Below are positions 51,901 to 63,922 of a stretch of DNA of 64,000 bases, piece after piece; positions within the stretch are counted from its first letter, which is position 1; every line of letters starts with the position of its first letter. The position numbers and the translations under genes are program-made. The stretch is from NCBI RefSeq assembly GCF_018977255.1, contig NW_024704771.1, forward strand, positions 3,472,001 to 3,536,000, in the 5' to 3' direction. The notes under the pieces are model-generated. The model did not search any database and was not told where the DNA came from. It saw only the letters and a list, made by a program, of their open reading frames with translations. This stretch comes from Callorhinchus milii. Its lineage: Eukaryota.

Positions 51901-54900
51901 TATTTTGTGTGTTGTCTCTGTGTGGTGGTGTACTGGGATTCATACACATATATTAATAACCTGGATCCGCAGACCCAAGTAAAGGTAGTTACATTTGTGG
52001 ACGGCAAAAGAACCAGAGAGGAGATTCACTTTACAGTATATTTTGTGAAGCAGTTTGAGACGTTTCAACAAAGTCTTTCACTTGTAAGGTGAGCGCTCTA
52101 ACACTGTGCTACAAAATATACATGTCCTCGTTCTTCTCCTTTCTGTCCTGATTACATATTCTCCCATCTCGAGGTCTGAACAATTGCATCCTTGAGCTCG
52201 ATGAAAGGATATCCCGAGGCAAACGTAGGCAGGCTTGTGAATCAGATTAAGGACAGGGAAGAGGAGTTAAAAACATATAAAGGAAGAAATGCTTGGACAA
52301 ATGGAGTCGCCATACAGGGTCAACGCGTTTCCCAGTGGAATTGGGTAATATCGATTTTACTGCGTCGATTGTCTCAGTTTGAAAAATAAGGTTGGCTAAT
52401 CTGCTGAATGTTTGCGTTGCTTACTTAATAAACTTTGGACTATTACCCAACAAATTGGTGGTCTCCTCCTGAATCTGTTACAGCGTCACATCAATTGCAA
52501 AGATTATTATTATATAGAGCCTCATTCCATAAGAATTTGGTGCCATAAGAACTAAAGTACAGTATATCAGACCATCCCATAGTACCTTGGTACCTTGGTT
52601 CAATTTTCCGGTAGGGCAAAATGTTAAACAAGTCTCATTACTCCACACGCCACTGTTTACCTAACTGTAAGTAGGAGCCCAGCTGTTAGTGAATTGGGGG
52701 ATCATTTTCCGGAAATAATCCTTTCCAAATCAATAAATAATTCAGTAAAATAATAATAATAATTTGGTTACTCAATCCACAACTGTTTGTGGGACACTGC
52801 TATGCATAATTGGCTGCTGTGTTTTGCCCACATATTATACAGCCAATTCACTTCACAGTATAGTCTGCGAATTGCTTTGAGACTTCTCAATGATGTGAAA
52901 AGGTACTATATCAAATGTAAGGATTATTATTATTATTATAAAATCAAATGGTTACAAAACCTACCGTTGACAACAAGAAAGTGGGAATAGTTTCTCTGGC
53001 TGATGGAGTTTTTAACGTAGCACATGTACAAACCACAGTCTGAGAGTTTTGCATTTTGAATAATATATCTGTTTTGTTTTTTTCTTTTGTTTGTAAGTTG
53101 TATCCCTTTGTGTGTCCACCAAACAATGTCAGGCTTCCCACTTTTGACGATACAGTTCATCTCAACAACTTTTGTTACATAGTCGGGTTCTTGAATTATC
53201 AGTGGCCTTGATAATTTTTCTATTGAAATAAATAGTTTCACTTAGAGGTGCTAAAGATGTTTGATTCTGAAAATTACATTTTCAATTATCAACAACAACC
53301 AATTACATTTACACAGCGCCTTTCACGTTGGGAGGATGTCCAAGGTACTCGACAGTCAGAGATTTGGACCCGAGTAGGGAGTCGGGATCAGGAGGGCAGC
53401 GAGGTGGGGTAGGAGGGTGACCGACGGCGGACCCCCATCTCACCAGTTCTGGCCGGGCTCCACTGGTTCCCCATCACCGAATGGATCCACTTCAGGATCC
53501 TCACACTCGTGTTCAACTTCACTCCCTGCACCTCCCTACCTCTCCGACCTCCTCACTCTCCAATCTGGCACCTCCACTTGGCTGGCACTTGTCCCTTGCA
53601 TCCTCAGCTCCACTATTGGAGGTCATGCATTCAGCCACTATGCCCTAAAACTCGGTAACATCCTCCCTCAATCCCTCCACTTCGCCTCCCCTTTTTCAGA
53701 TCCCACCTGAAAAACTTCCTTTTCAACTGTGATTACGGTCACCTCTCCCCCCAGCTCTGAGTCAGGCTCTGCCACTCTGAGATGATACTCTGCATGGAGG
53801 GCACTATATAAGTGCAAGTTGTCATTGTCAAAGAGAAGGGTGTTGAGATGGGCCTTGAAGGAGGCAAGAGAGGTAGCAAGGCGAAGGGACCTCGGGATGG
53901 AATTAAAAAGGCACATTGCAAATTCAGCAAATCAGAATCCTAATGCCAGTTGCAGGTTATTACAATTAATAATAATTCTTCCATTTGATATAGACTTTCA
54001 CATCAAGAGGTCAGAAATTTGCACACAGCAAAGTCCCACAAAGCCATGAATTGAATGACCAACTTTTATGTGTGGGGATAGAATGCTGGGGGACTGTTGA
54101 CGAAGACATGGGAGACATGCGCTTCTCTTTTTGAATAGTGCCATGTGATCTTTAACATCCACCTGAACAGGCAGATGAGAAATTGTATTTATATAGCACC
54201 TTTCGTTTCCGGAGGATGTCCCAAAGCCCTGGACAGTTGAGGATTGATACAAGAGCTGGGGATGGGAAGATGACCAAAGGAACTGTCAAAAAGGAAGGCC
54301 TTGAGATGGAACTTGAGGAAGTGAGGGAAGGGACAAGGTGAAGGGACTGTGGGATGGAGTTCCAGAGAGTGGGGTCAGAAAGCCTGAATGTCTGTCTGCT
54401 ATGGGGGGGAAGGGAGGGGTAGGAGACCTGATGCAAGCCAATATGGAAAATGACTGTTTCCTGAGGTTTGTGGTCCTGCATTGGTTACAGCACTGGAGGA
54501 CCTGTGTCCTGGACAGGGAAGTTATTAGGCAACATTCGGCAAGTTTCCCTACTCCACACACCTATGTTTACCTTGCAGTAAGCAGGAACCTGGTTAGTGG
54601 TTGAGTGTCACATCTCTTTCTGGAGGAAATGAACACTTCAAAATGTTTTAAAAATATCAATCTAAATTCACGACTGTTTGTGGGACACTGCTATACACAA
54701 TTGGCTGCCACATTTCTCCAACAAAATATACAACAACAACAACAAAATTTGTATAGCACATTGCATGTCAGGAGGACGTCCCAAGATGCTGGACAGTCAG
54801 TGTTTTGGATGCAGTCAATTCACTTTACAGTATATTCTGTGAATCACTTTGAGAACATCTCGAAGGCATGATAAGGCGCTATATCAAATGCAAGGATGAT

Positions 54901-57555
54901 TATTATTTATTTTCTTGAAAGTCAGAAACGTTGTTGCCTACAGTTCTGTGAAAAAGTGTTCACTATGTTTCTGTTGCTGATGGAGACCAGAGCAAAGTTT
55001 ACAAACTTGAAGTCACAAACCAAAGGTCAAATACAACAAACCCAATTCTGGAAATATACAATATCAAGAAAGCAAACAGAATCACAACACATTATTTCAC
55101 TGCAGCAGTCAGCAATGCACCATGTGGTTCAATATGGCTAAATGACACTAGATACATAGGAACAGGAGGCCATTCAGTACCTTGAGCCTGTTCCGCCAGT
55201 CCATAAAATCATTGCTAATCTGTACCTCAACTCCAATTACAACAACAAATTACACTTGTATTGCGCCCTTCACGTAAGACAGATGTCCCAGGACGCTGGA
55301 CAATCTGAGTTTTTGGACCCGAGCTGGGAGTTGAGGTCAGAAGGGGAGGAGGGCAAGGGTTGGTGGGAGGGGGACTGAAGGTACAATCGAAGAGAAAAGT
55401 CTTCTGATGACACTTGGAGGAGGCAAGAGATGGGCTGAGGCATGGGTTTGTGGGATAGAGTTCCAGAGTGTGGGGGCAGAGATGCTGTATGTCTGACTGC
55501 CAATGGGGAGCAAGAAGCATGGGGGGACCTGAACAGGCCACCGAGCGGAGGGACAAATTATCCACATTTGAGGCAAATTACCTGCATTTGCTCCGTAGCT
55601 CTTGATACCCTGACCTAACAAAAATCTATCAACCTCAGTCTTAAACATTTGAACGGATCCAGCATCCACAGCCTTTTGGTGGAGAGAGTTCCAGATTTTT
55701 GCTCCCCTTCGTGTGAGAAAATCCTTCCTGATTTCACTCCTGTCAATTGCTTCCCATAAAAATAAGTTCAAAAGAATACTTAGCGATTGAGAATTCCAGT
55801 GAAAGGAAGCAAAGAGAACTTACCTTCAACATGTAAGTATCTATAGTAGAAATTAGCAATTTTCTTTTCGTCTTCTGCTTTTTTCGCTAAATCAAGCAGG
55901 TAAGGGCCAGTGTCCGCTTCTTTTAAGCGTTGCAGTATGAGAGATCCACTGGTTGAATTTATCAGTATTCGATTTTGGTAATAAGCGTTAACTTCAACTT
56001 GAGAAGAATTGTATTCATACTTCAGAATAATTGTCTTTTTGACAGGAGTGAGATAGTACCAAATGATCACGTCGTCTGTTGTGAATTGCCTATGTACAAT
56101 TCCAGGTAGTGAGATGAAAGAACGTGCAGCAGCAAAAATATAATTGAGGGTTGTGTTTTCAGAAGTCGCTGAAACATTGGCAAGAAAATTAATTAACATC
56201 AAATGAGTTCATTGCTTTCCGTAAAAAAGGTCAAAAGAATACTTAGCGATTGAGAATTCCAAGATGCAGTCCAGTGGAAGGAAGCAAAACAAATTTATTA
56301 TTTAAACATAATAATACTTTCATTTGCTATAGCTCCTTACCATGTCATTGAGACATCTCAAAGAGCTTCACCAAATATACTGTAAAGGGGATTGGCTGTA
56401 TATTTTTGCGTGAAACTCGGCAGCCAATTCCCCAAAGCAGTGGCCCACAAACAGTCATGGATTGAGTGACCTAATTATTAGTTTTTGAAGGAATTATTAC
56501 CCCTGAAAGAAATCCACTAATCGACTAACATCCAGATTCCTACTTACTGTAGATAAACAGAAGTACACGGAGTAAGGAAACTTGCCTAATGTTTCGACCT
56601 ACGTGGAATCGAACAGGGGTCCGCTCGCTTGTGAGGAAAGTGCTCACAACGTTTGTGTATTTGTAATAACAAAGAAAGGGACTACTGATGTAATTTACTA
56701 AGCCAGAAAATTGTAAATTAAAGTCACAATATGATTAGGCAGAGTCAACATGGTTTTATGAAAGGGAAATTGTGTTTAACGAATCTTTTAGAGTTTTTTG
56801 AAGATGTAACCAGCAGGTTAGATAGAAGGGAACCAGTGGATAGTGTTATTAGCTTTTCAGAAGGCATTCAACAAGGTGCCACATAAAAGGTTGTTACATA
56901 AGATTACGGCACATGGAATTAAGGGTAATATATTACCATTGAACGAAGAGTGGTTAACAGGCAGAAAACAGAGAGTAGAGATAAATGGGTCCTTCTCAGA
57001 TTGGCAGGGTGTGACGAATGGAGTGCCGCAAGGATCAGTACTTTGGCCTCAACTGTTTACAGTCTACATCAATGACTTAGATGAGGAAATAAGAGCTTAA
57101 TGTATCTGAATTCACGGACGATACAAAGCTACGTGGGAAAGTAAGCTGTGAGGAAGAAACAAGGAGGATGTAAAGGGATATAGGCAGGTTAATTGAGTGG
57201 GCAAGAAGGTGGCAGTTGGAGTATAATGTGGAGAAGTGTGAAGTTATTTACCTAGTAGGAAACATAGAAAAGTGGGGGAGAGGGGAAGAGACTAGATAGT
57301 GTTAGTATTCAAAGGGATTTAGGTGTCCTTGTACCACCAATCACAGAAGGTTAGCATGTAGGTACAGCAAGCAATTAGGAAGGCTAATAGCACATTAGCG
57401 TTTATTGCAAAGGGATTAGAGTACAAGAGTAGGGAAGTCTTACTGCAATTGTATAGGGTCTTGGTGAGACCGCACCTGGAATATTGTGTGCAGTTTTGGT
57501 CTCCTTATCTTGGAAAGGATATACTCGCCTTAGGGTATATATATATTAGTATATG

Positions 57556-57593
<38 letters not shown>

Positions 57594-59535
57594 GGTTCAC
57601 TAGGTTGGTTCCTGGGATGAGGGGGTTGACAGATGAGAGGTTGAGTAGGTAGGCCTATATTCTCTAATATAGAAGTTAGATCTTATAGAAACCTTGGGAT
57701 TATTAAGAGTCTTGACAGGGTAGATAGTATGAGACTGTTTCCCCTGGTTGGAGAACCTAAAACTAAGAGTCATAGTCTCAGGATTAAAGGTCAGCCTTTT
57801 AGAACTGAGTTGAGAAAACATTTCTTCAGTCAGAGGGCAGTGAATTTATGAATTCTCTACCCCAGAAGGCTGTGGATGTTCAGTCATTGAATATATTCAA
57901 GACTGAGATTGATAGATTTTTAAAAACTAAAGAGATTACGGGATATGGGGATACGGCGGGTAAATAGAATTAGGTTAAAAGATCAGCCATGATCTGATTA
58001 AAGGGAAGGGTAGGCTCGAGGGGGTAAATGGTCTATTCCTGCTTCTATTTTTTATGTTCTAATTTGGGACAGGAGCACTTACCTCGCTTGAATTTTGAGG
58101 TGTTCATTTGAATACCTGACTTCAAAAGGACATTTCTGACCACTTTCAAATGTGTCAATGGATGAGACTTCTTGTTTTTGTCCTGTTCACTGATGGTAAG
58201 ATCTGATTTGATACTATCAGATAAAACTACTGTTTTATCTTGTGATGTATTAGCCCACAGGTGTGCAACTTGATTTTGAAGATTTTCCTCTGGAAATCTA
58301 GGTGATAAAACTGAAAAGTTTTCAGCACCAGAAACAAATTTATCTCTCAGAGCAACGAGCTCTGAATAACCTACAAATAAAATTTACAAACAAAAACAAT
58401 AATTGCATCGAACACAATTGCAAAAAAAGAGTGAAGTGCTTTTGGGGGGGATTTTTGGGGGTCAGCCGGTTGTCTGACACATCTGGAAATCCATCAACAT
58501 CCATCAACAGTCTCCAAAGCAAGCTGAGAATTCCTTACCTCCCACCTACACATGAAAATTTGTGGAGTCCTATAGCTCAGTGGTTTGCAAGCGAGAGACC
58601 TGAGTTCAATTCCAGGCAGAGGGCGACACCTCGGGCAAGTTTCCTTACCCCACGCAGAGCCTAATAATAATCCCTCCAAAAACAATAATAAATTGGTCAT
58701 TTTCAATCTACGACTGTTTGTGGGACATCGCTGTGCGCCATTGGCTGCCGCGTTCGCCCACAAATATACAGTCAATTCACTTTACAGTGTGTTCTGTGAA
58801 GCGCTTTGGGAAGTCCTCCCGACGTGAAAAGCGCTATATCAAATGCGAGGATTATTAATAAAATCCCAGAGATAGATTGTTGGAATGGAATGTGCGTACA
58901 CTCCCTCCCTGGAGGGACGCATTCTGATTATCTAATTCCGGAGAGGATTAATAATGATAATCCTTGCATCTGAGGCACTTGCAGCTTTGTGGGCAAAATG
59001 CGGCAGCCAATGGCGCACAGCAGCGTCCCATCGGCATTCATGGACTGAAGTGACCAATTAGTTATTTTTTTAAAAAGGAATTATTACCCCGGGAGGAGCG
59101 ATCCGCCAATCAACTAACGAGGGATTCCTACTCACCGCTAAGTAATGTGCAGTAAGGAAACTTGCCAACATGTCGCGCTGCCGGGAGTCGAACCCAGGTC
59201 TCTCGCTCGCGAGAGGAGTGCTCTGACCACTGCGCTGGAGGACCATTAGGTGCACTGCACTGACCTACGCAAAGTATGGGTTTTGGTGAAACAAAAGGCC
59301 ATTGTACAAAGCTTTATTCTACTTCTGAACACAATCATCAATTCTTCCACCTTTCAACTGTCGGTCAGTGCACTACAGACAGAATAACAACAATAAAAAA
59401 AAACACACACACATGGGGGTAACAGGACTTTGTGGACATCCTGTACTGGAGCTATGGCTGTGCTGTAGCTGTGCAGTGGCTGTGCCGCTTACCCTGAGGC
59501 GCCAGGAGGAGCAGGAGAGCGGCTGTGAGCAACAT
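45866..59535 (-). CDS. Gene C (multi-exon): signal peptide-IgV-IgC2-multipass TM receptor
   Basis: Seven exons joined by phase-1 introns (43+345+255+117+102+126+108 nt), open frame. Confidence 0.88.
47046..47171 (-). CDS. Gene C TM exon 3
   Basis: tcctag|..ACTT|GTAAGT, 126 nt; [42 protein letters not shown]. Confidence 0.85.
49150..49251 (-). CDS. Gene C TM exon 2
   Basis: ttacag|..GAAG|GTATGT, 102 nt; [34 protein letters not shown]. Confidence 0.85.
49310..50330 (-). mobile_element. L2 LINE ORF2 3' fragment
   Basis: [10 protein letters not shown] (RT motif), [21 protein letters not shown]; ataaatgtaattttgttgttg-type tail. Confidence 0.85.
51178..51294 (-). CDS. Gene C TM exon 1
   Basis: tttcag|..AAAG|GTAATA, 117 nt; [39 protein letters not shown]. 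Confidence 0.85.
52965..53219 (-). CDS. Gene C IgC2 exon
   Basis: caatag|..AACG|GTAGGT, 255 nt; MNC..VWW..DCGLYMC..NSIS. Confidence 0.9.
55824..56168 (-). CDS. Gene C IgV exon (CD2/SLAM-like)
   Basis: tttcag|..GAAG|GTAAGT, 345 nt; ISLPG..IIWYYL..RILI..GSLIL..DTGPYLL..LHVE. Confidence 0.9.
56725..58062 (+). mobile_element. CR1 LINE RT and 3' end, degenerate
   Basis: [38 protein letters not shown]. Confidence 0.85.
58565..58856 (+). mobile_element. Same SINE, young copy
   Basis: Head and tail as above, opposite orientation. Confidence 0.8.
59493..59535 (-). CDS. Gene C exon 1, signal peptide (identical to A and B)
   Basis: 43 nt, ATG at 59535, donor G|GTAAGC. Confidence 0.85.
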
Positions 59536-60076
59536 TCCCGCTGCCTGACTCCAGGGCGAGGGACAAGTCACAAGATGGCGCCCAACGGCAACTCCGCCCT
59601 TTTAACGGCCACAGTTCAAAACGAAAGACAAACAAAGCGGCGACTGGCGCCGCTGTCCGGCTCTCTGGCCCCCGCCCCGCCCCGCCCCGCCCGGGGGCCG
59701 CTCGCTCGGTAACGCCGACTCCGCCCGTTCCGCCGCCTTCAGTTCGGCTCCGAAGCCGCTTCTCCTTCGCCTCTGACAACGGTGTCAGTTTGTCCGCCTC
59801 CCGTCCCCACGCGCTCACTCACTGCGCAGGCGCCGCACCGCCCGTCCCCGCGCTCACTCACTGCGCAGGCGCCGCACCGCCCGTCCCTCCCGCGCTCACT
59901 CACTGCGCAGGCGCCGCACCGCCCGTCCCCGCGCTCACTCACTGCGCAGGCGCCGCACCGCCCGTCCCCGCGCTCACTCACTGCGCAGGCGCCGCACCGC
60001 CCGTCCCCGCGCTCACTCACTGCGCAGGCGCCGCACCGCCCGTCCCCCCCCGCGCTCACTCACTCACTCACTGCGC
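59536..60076 (-). promoter_or_regulatory. CpG-island promoter of gene C, 6 full NRF1-motif units plus one partial
   Basis: Near-identical to the A and B promoters; array 59823-60076. Confidence 0.75.
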
Positions 60077-60371
60077 TCTGACAGACTGTTGGAGCCTTTA
60101 AGCGACAAAAAATATGTTGTACAGTAAAAAAAAACAGATTTTTCTATTGAAACATTTTAAAAAAGGGCTAATGTTCTAATGGCACTTCTCAGACACACAG
60201 TAATAATAATAATAATAATAATCCCCGCATTTGATACAGTGCTTTTCACCTCTTCCTGAAAAAACAATGTTAAGTAATAAAAATAAGAAGAACAAAAAAC
60301 TAAACTTAAATGATGAGAGAAATAACATCGAATATTAAGGGAAAATAATACCAAATGATGACGAGGATAGG

Positions 60372-60513
60372 NNNNNNNNNNNNNNNNNNNNNNNNNNNNN
60401 NNNNNNNNNNNNNNNNNNNNNNNNNNNNNNNNNNNNNNNNNNNNNNNNNNNNNNNNNNNNNNNNNNNNNNNNNNNNNNNNNNNNNNNNNNNNNNNNNNNN
60501 NNNNNNNNNNNNN
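60372..60513. other. Assembly gap (142 N)
   Basis: Run of n. Confidence 1.
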
Positions 60514-62635
60514 ACGTGAAGCTGCATCTCCAGAACAAACTAATCTTTATTCCACCACCAGCACAAACACACTATTGACTTGATGAAACGGTTGGGTCCG
60601 GTCCACCCTTGAATCAGGCCCCAGTGGAAAATTTCCAATTCTTTCTGGAAGAAAGCGACTGATTTCGTTTCGGATATCTCTTCAGCGACTTTTTGCACAA
60701 AATGTTCGCTTCCGCGACGAGGTGCGCGACCCCCCCCCCCCCCCCCCCCACCACCCCCCACCCAAAGCAGTCGCAAGTTCTTCGGCACCGATGGTCAGCA
60801 TTTCCAGTCCCACAGAAAAGCGGAGAGTGGGCGGTAGGTTTGAAGTGAGACGTGAAATGAAACGACACGCACCAGATGTGCTCCTCTCCGACAGCAACCG
60901 CTCTCTACAGCAAGTGAACAAATCGGCGCATCCGGAACAGTTTGTGTTTCGGACTATTCGAGGCGTAGAATCATCGAAATTCGTAATCCTTGCATTTGAT
61001 GCCGCGCCGCACCATGGCCTCGACCTGTCTCAAAGCATTTCACAGAATATAATAATGATCCTCGCATTTGATAGAGCGCTTTTCACGTCGGGAGAGGACG
61101 TCCCAAAGCGCTTCACAGAACACACTGTAAAGCGAATTGACTGTATATTTGTGGGCGAACGCGGCAGCCAACTGCGCCCAGCAATGCCCCATAAAAAGTC
61201 GTTAATCGATTGAGTGACCCGGTTTTTTTACCAGCTTCATTTTTTAAAAAAAAACTTTGAAGGGAATATTATCCCCAGAAATTTATTCCACCAATCGACT
61301 AACAACCGGGCTCCCCGTTTATTGTTATGTAAACAGAAGCTTGTGGAGCAAGGAAACCTGTCCCACATTTCGCCCTGCCCGGGAATGAAACTCAGGTCCT
61401 CTCACTTGTGAGGTGAGTGCTCAAACCACTACACTACAGGAATCCAATAACACTTTGAAATTGATAAATATTTTCTCTGAGAATGGTAAGTTTACCTGAA
61501 TTTTACAAGTGTTGAGTCCTCCATCTTTGAATACTCCTTGGTAGATGTTCTGTCCAGAATTGCACTGTAACCAACACAGACATTCCAGGATAATAATAAT
61601 CCTTATAATAATAATAATAATAATAATATTGTGTTTGATCCTTGTGTTTGATATTGCACCGTATCATCTCAAGTCATTTGAAATTACTTCACAGGATTGT
61701 ACTGCTATCATGTCAATAATTCGAAACATTTTATGAACAATATTTTTATGATCCACTTATAAACTCAGTTTTCTGAGTTCATAGAGTATTCCTGTGAATT
61801 TTTTGTGATGTATTTTCCTTCAATCGGAAAGATTAGATTGGGGTTGACAATTCCTAAAACAACAAAAGTGAAGTTGAATTTTTTTCTACACAAAGAGAAA
61901 GAGAAATTCATTCACATTTTCCTGTCTTCTCTCCATATTTTTTTAGATATCGATCTAGTTTCCTTCGTCAACCACTGCATTTCACATCTTGACAACTCTG
62001 TGCAAAAACAAAACCTTCCTCATCTCACCATTAGGAGATGCCAGAGGATCTGTATTTCTAATGGAGGAAATTGTAGGACAGGTACATCTTGGGTATTTGT
62101 AAGAAACAGCACTTTTACACTCTGCTCTTCTTGAAAGATCAGTTCAGAGTTGGAATTTGACTGTCTTAGTCTATATATTTTGTTATATATTTATATATCA
62201 CTTGTTAACATAACTGATCCACATAGCGCATTACCACATCTTCAAGACATCAAAGAGCTTATATTGTAAAATGAATTGACTGTGTATTTTGTGGGCAATA
62301 TGTGGGAGCAGCCAACTGTACACAGCAAACAGTTGTGGATTGAGTGACCAATTTTTTTCCCCCCTTGGCTAAATGAGATAATTTACTANTTTTTTCCTGG
62401 CCAAATAAAATAATTTACTATTATCTTACATGATACAATCTTGTAGTTATCGTACATCACCAAGAACTATTATACAAAATATTTGTGGAAGTTCAAAGTC
62501 AAAAAGGTCACAGTAAATTTTACATTTAGTAAAAACGGAACATATTAGAATTCTCAGTCACAGCAGCAAATTAAATAATTATTTAATACTTTTTTTTTTA
62601 GTTCTGTTACTCACAATATCTGTGTGTTTACTTAC

Positions 62636-62743
62636 CGAGCCGTCCGCAAAGCAGACCTAATAGTCCAATGATAGACAGATACACAAGTCCTGCAAGAGTG
62701 CTTCTCAATGCAAGCCGTTGACCTGGAATGTTACATTTTACAA
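62636..62743 (-). CDS. Gene D TM exon 4 (fourth paralog; upstream exons lie beyond 64000)
   Basis: tctacag|..CTCG|GTAAGT, 108 nt; xVKCNIPGQRLALRSTLAGLVYLSIIGLLGLLCGRL, homologous to the 108-nt exons of A, B and C. Confidence 0.8.
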
Positions 62744-63597
62744 CTGTAGATAGAATTGTGAGTCTGAATTACATTTCAAATCTTGTATGAAAATATTGCA
62801 CTTATCATTATAGGAAGAAGAACAGCAATAATAATTATTCTTGCTTTTGATATAGCGTCTTATCAGGTTGTTGAGACGCCTCAAAGCACTTCACAGATTG
62901 ACTGCGTATTTTATGGGTGAAATACGGTAGCCTATTGAACACACCGATTTCCCACAAACAGTCGTGGATTGAACATCCACAGTCAGTTTAAACAGTCAGT
63001 TTAAAGTTGCATTCGAAGAAAAGTGGCTTTGGCAACACCATGTTCCCCCAATACTGCACTGACTCATCAGCGTAGAACGTAGACTCAAAGTCTAAACATA
63101 GGGGCTTCTGTTCCTGAAGCAAAGATGCTACCAAGTGAGTCAGGTCGACAAATAAAGTATTTGAAACAATTTCTATAATAATAATAATCTTGCACGAGAT
63201 ATAGCACATTATAAGGCGTTGAGACACCTCAAAGCGCTTCACAGAATATACTGTAAGTGAATTGACTGTATATTTTGTGGGCAAAACTCGGGAGCCAATG
63301 GCGCACAGCAGTGTCCCACAAACATTCATGGATTGAAAACACATGCATTCATTGCTTTGCACACACCATCAAGTCTTGAAAAATTAGTCACCAAACTACA
63401 ACTCGCCAGTAAGAATGGGTTTGACTATCTCATTGACCTCCAAACTTATTTGTATAACAATGTAATAATTCTTGACCTTGCAAATGTAAGAATTTGGTCA
63501 CCCTCGGTCACTCTCCTACCCGTACCATCCCTGCCCTCCACCCCTCCTGATTTCACACCCAGCTCAGGTCCAAATCCCTCACTGTCCAACATTTTAA

Positions 63598-63922
63598 TAA
63601 TAATAATAATAATAATCCTTGCATTTGATATAGCGCTTTTCACGTCAGGAGGACGTCGCAAAGCGATTCACAGAACACACTGTAAAGTGAATTGACTGTA
63701 TATTTGTGGGCGAACGCGGCAGCCAATTGCGCACAGCAATGTCCCACAAACAGTCGTAGATTGAAAATGACCAATTTATTATTGTTTTTGGTTTTGGAGG
63801 GATTATTATTAGGCTCTGTGTGGAGTAAGGAAACTTGCCCAAGGTTTCGCCCTCTGCCTGGAATTGAACTCAGGTCTCTCGCTCGCAAAGCGAGTACTCT
63901 AACCACTGAGCTACAGGACTCC
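63598..63922 (-). mobile_element. tRNA-headed SINE with L2-like tail and (AAT)n, full-length young copy
   Basis: Head ggagtcctgtagctcagtggttagagtactcgc (A/B-box like); tail ctatatcaaatgcaaggattatt. Confidence 0.85.

Noticed and set aside
922-59535. Naming the genes CD47, SLAMF, CEACAM, CD200 or Skint
   Set aside because: Each name fits only part of the architecture; no recognisable orthology without searches.
63870-63922. tRNA-like sequences
   Set aside because: They are SINE heads continuing into SINE bodies; no complete cloverleaf or acceptor stem.
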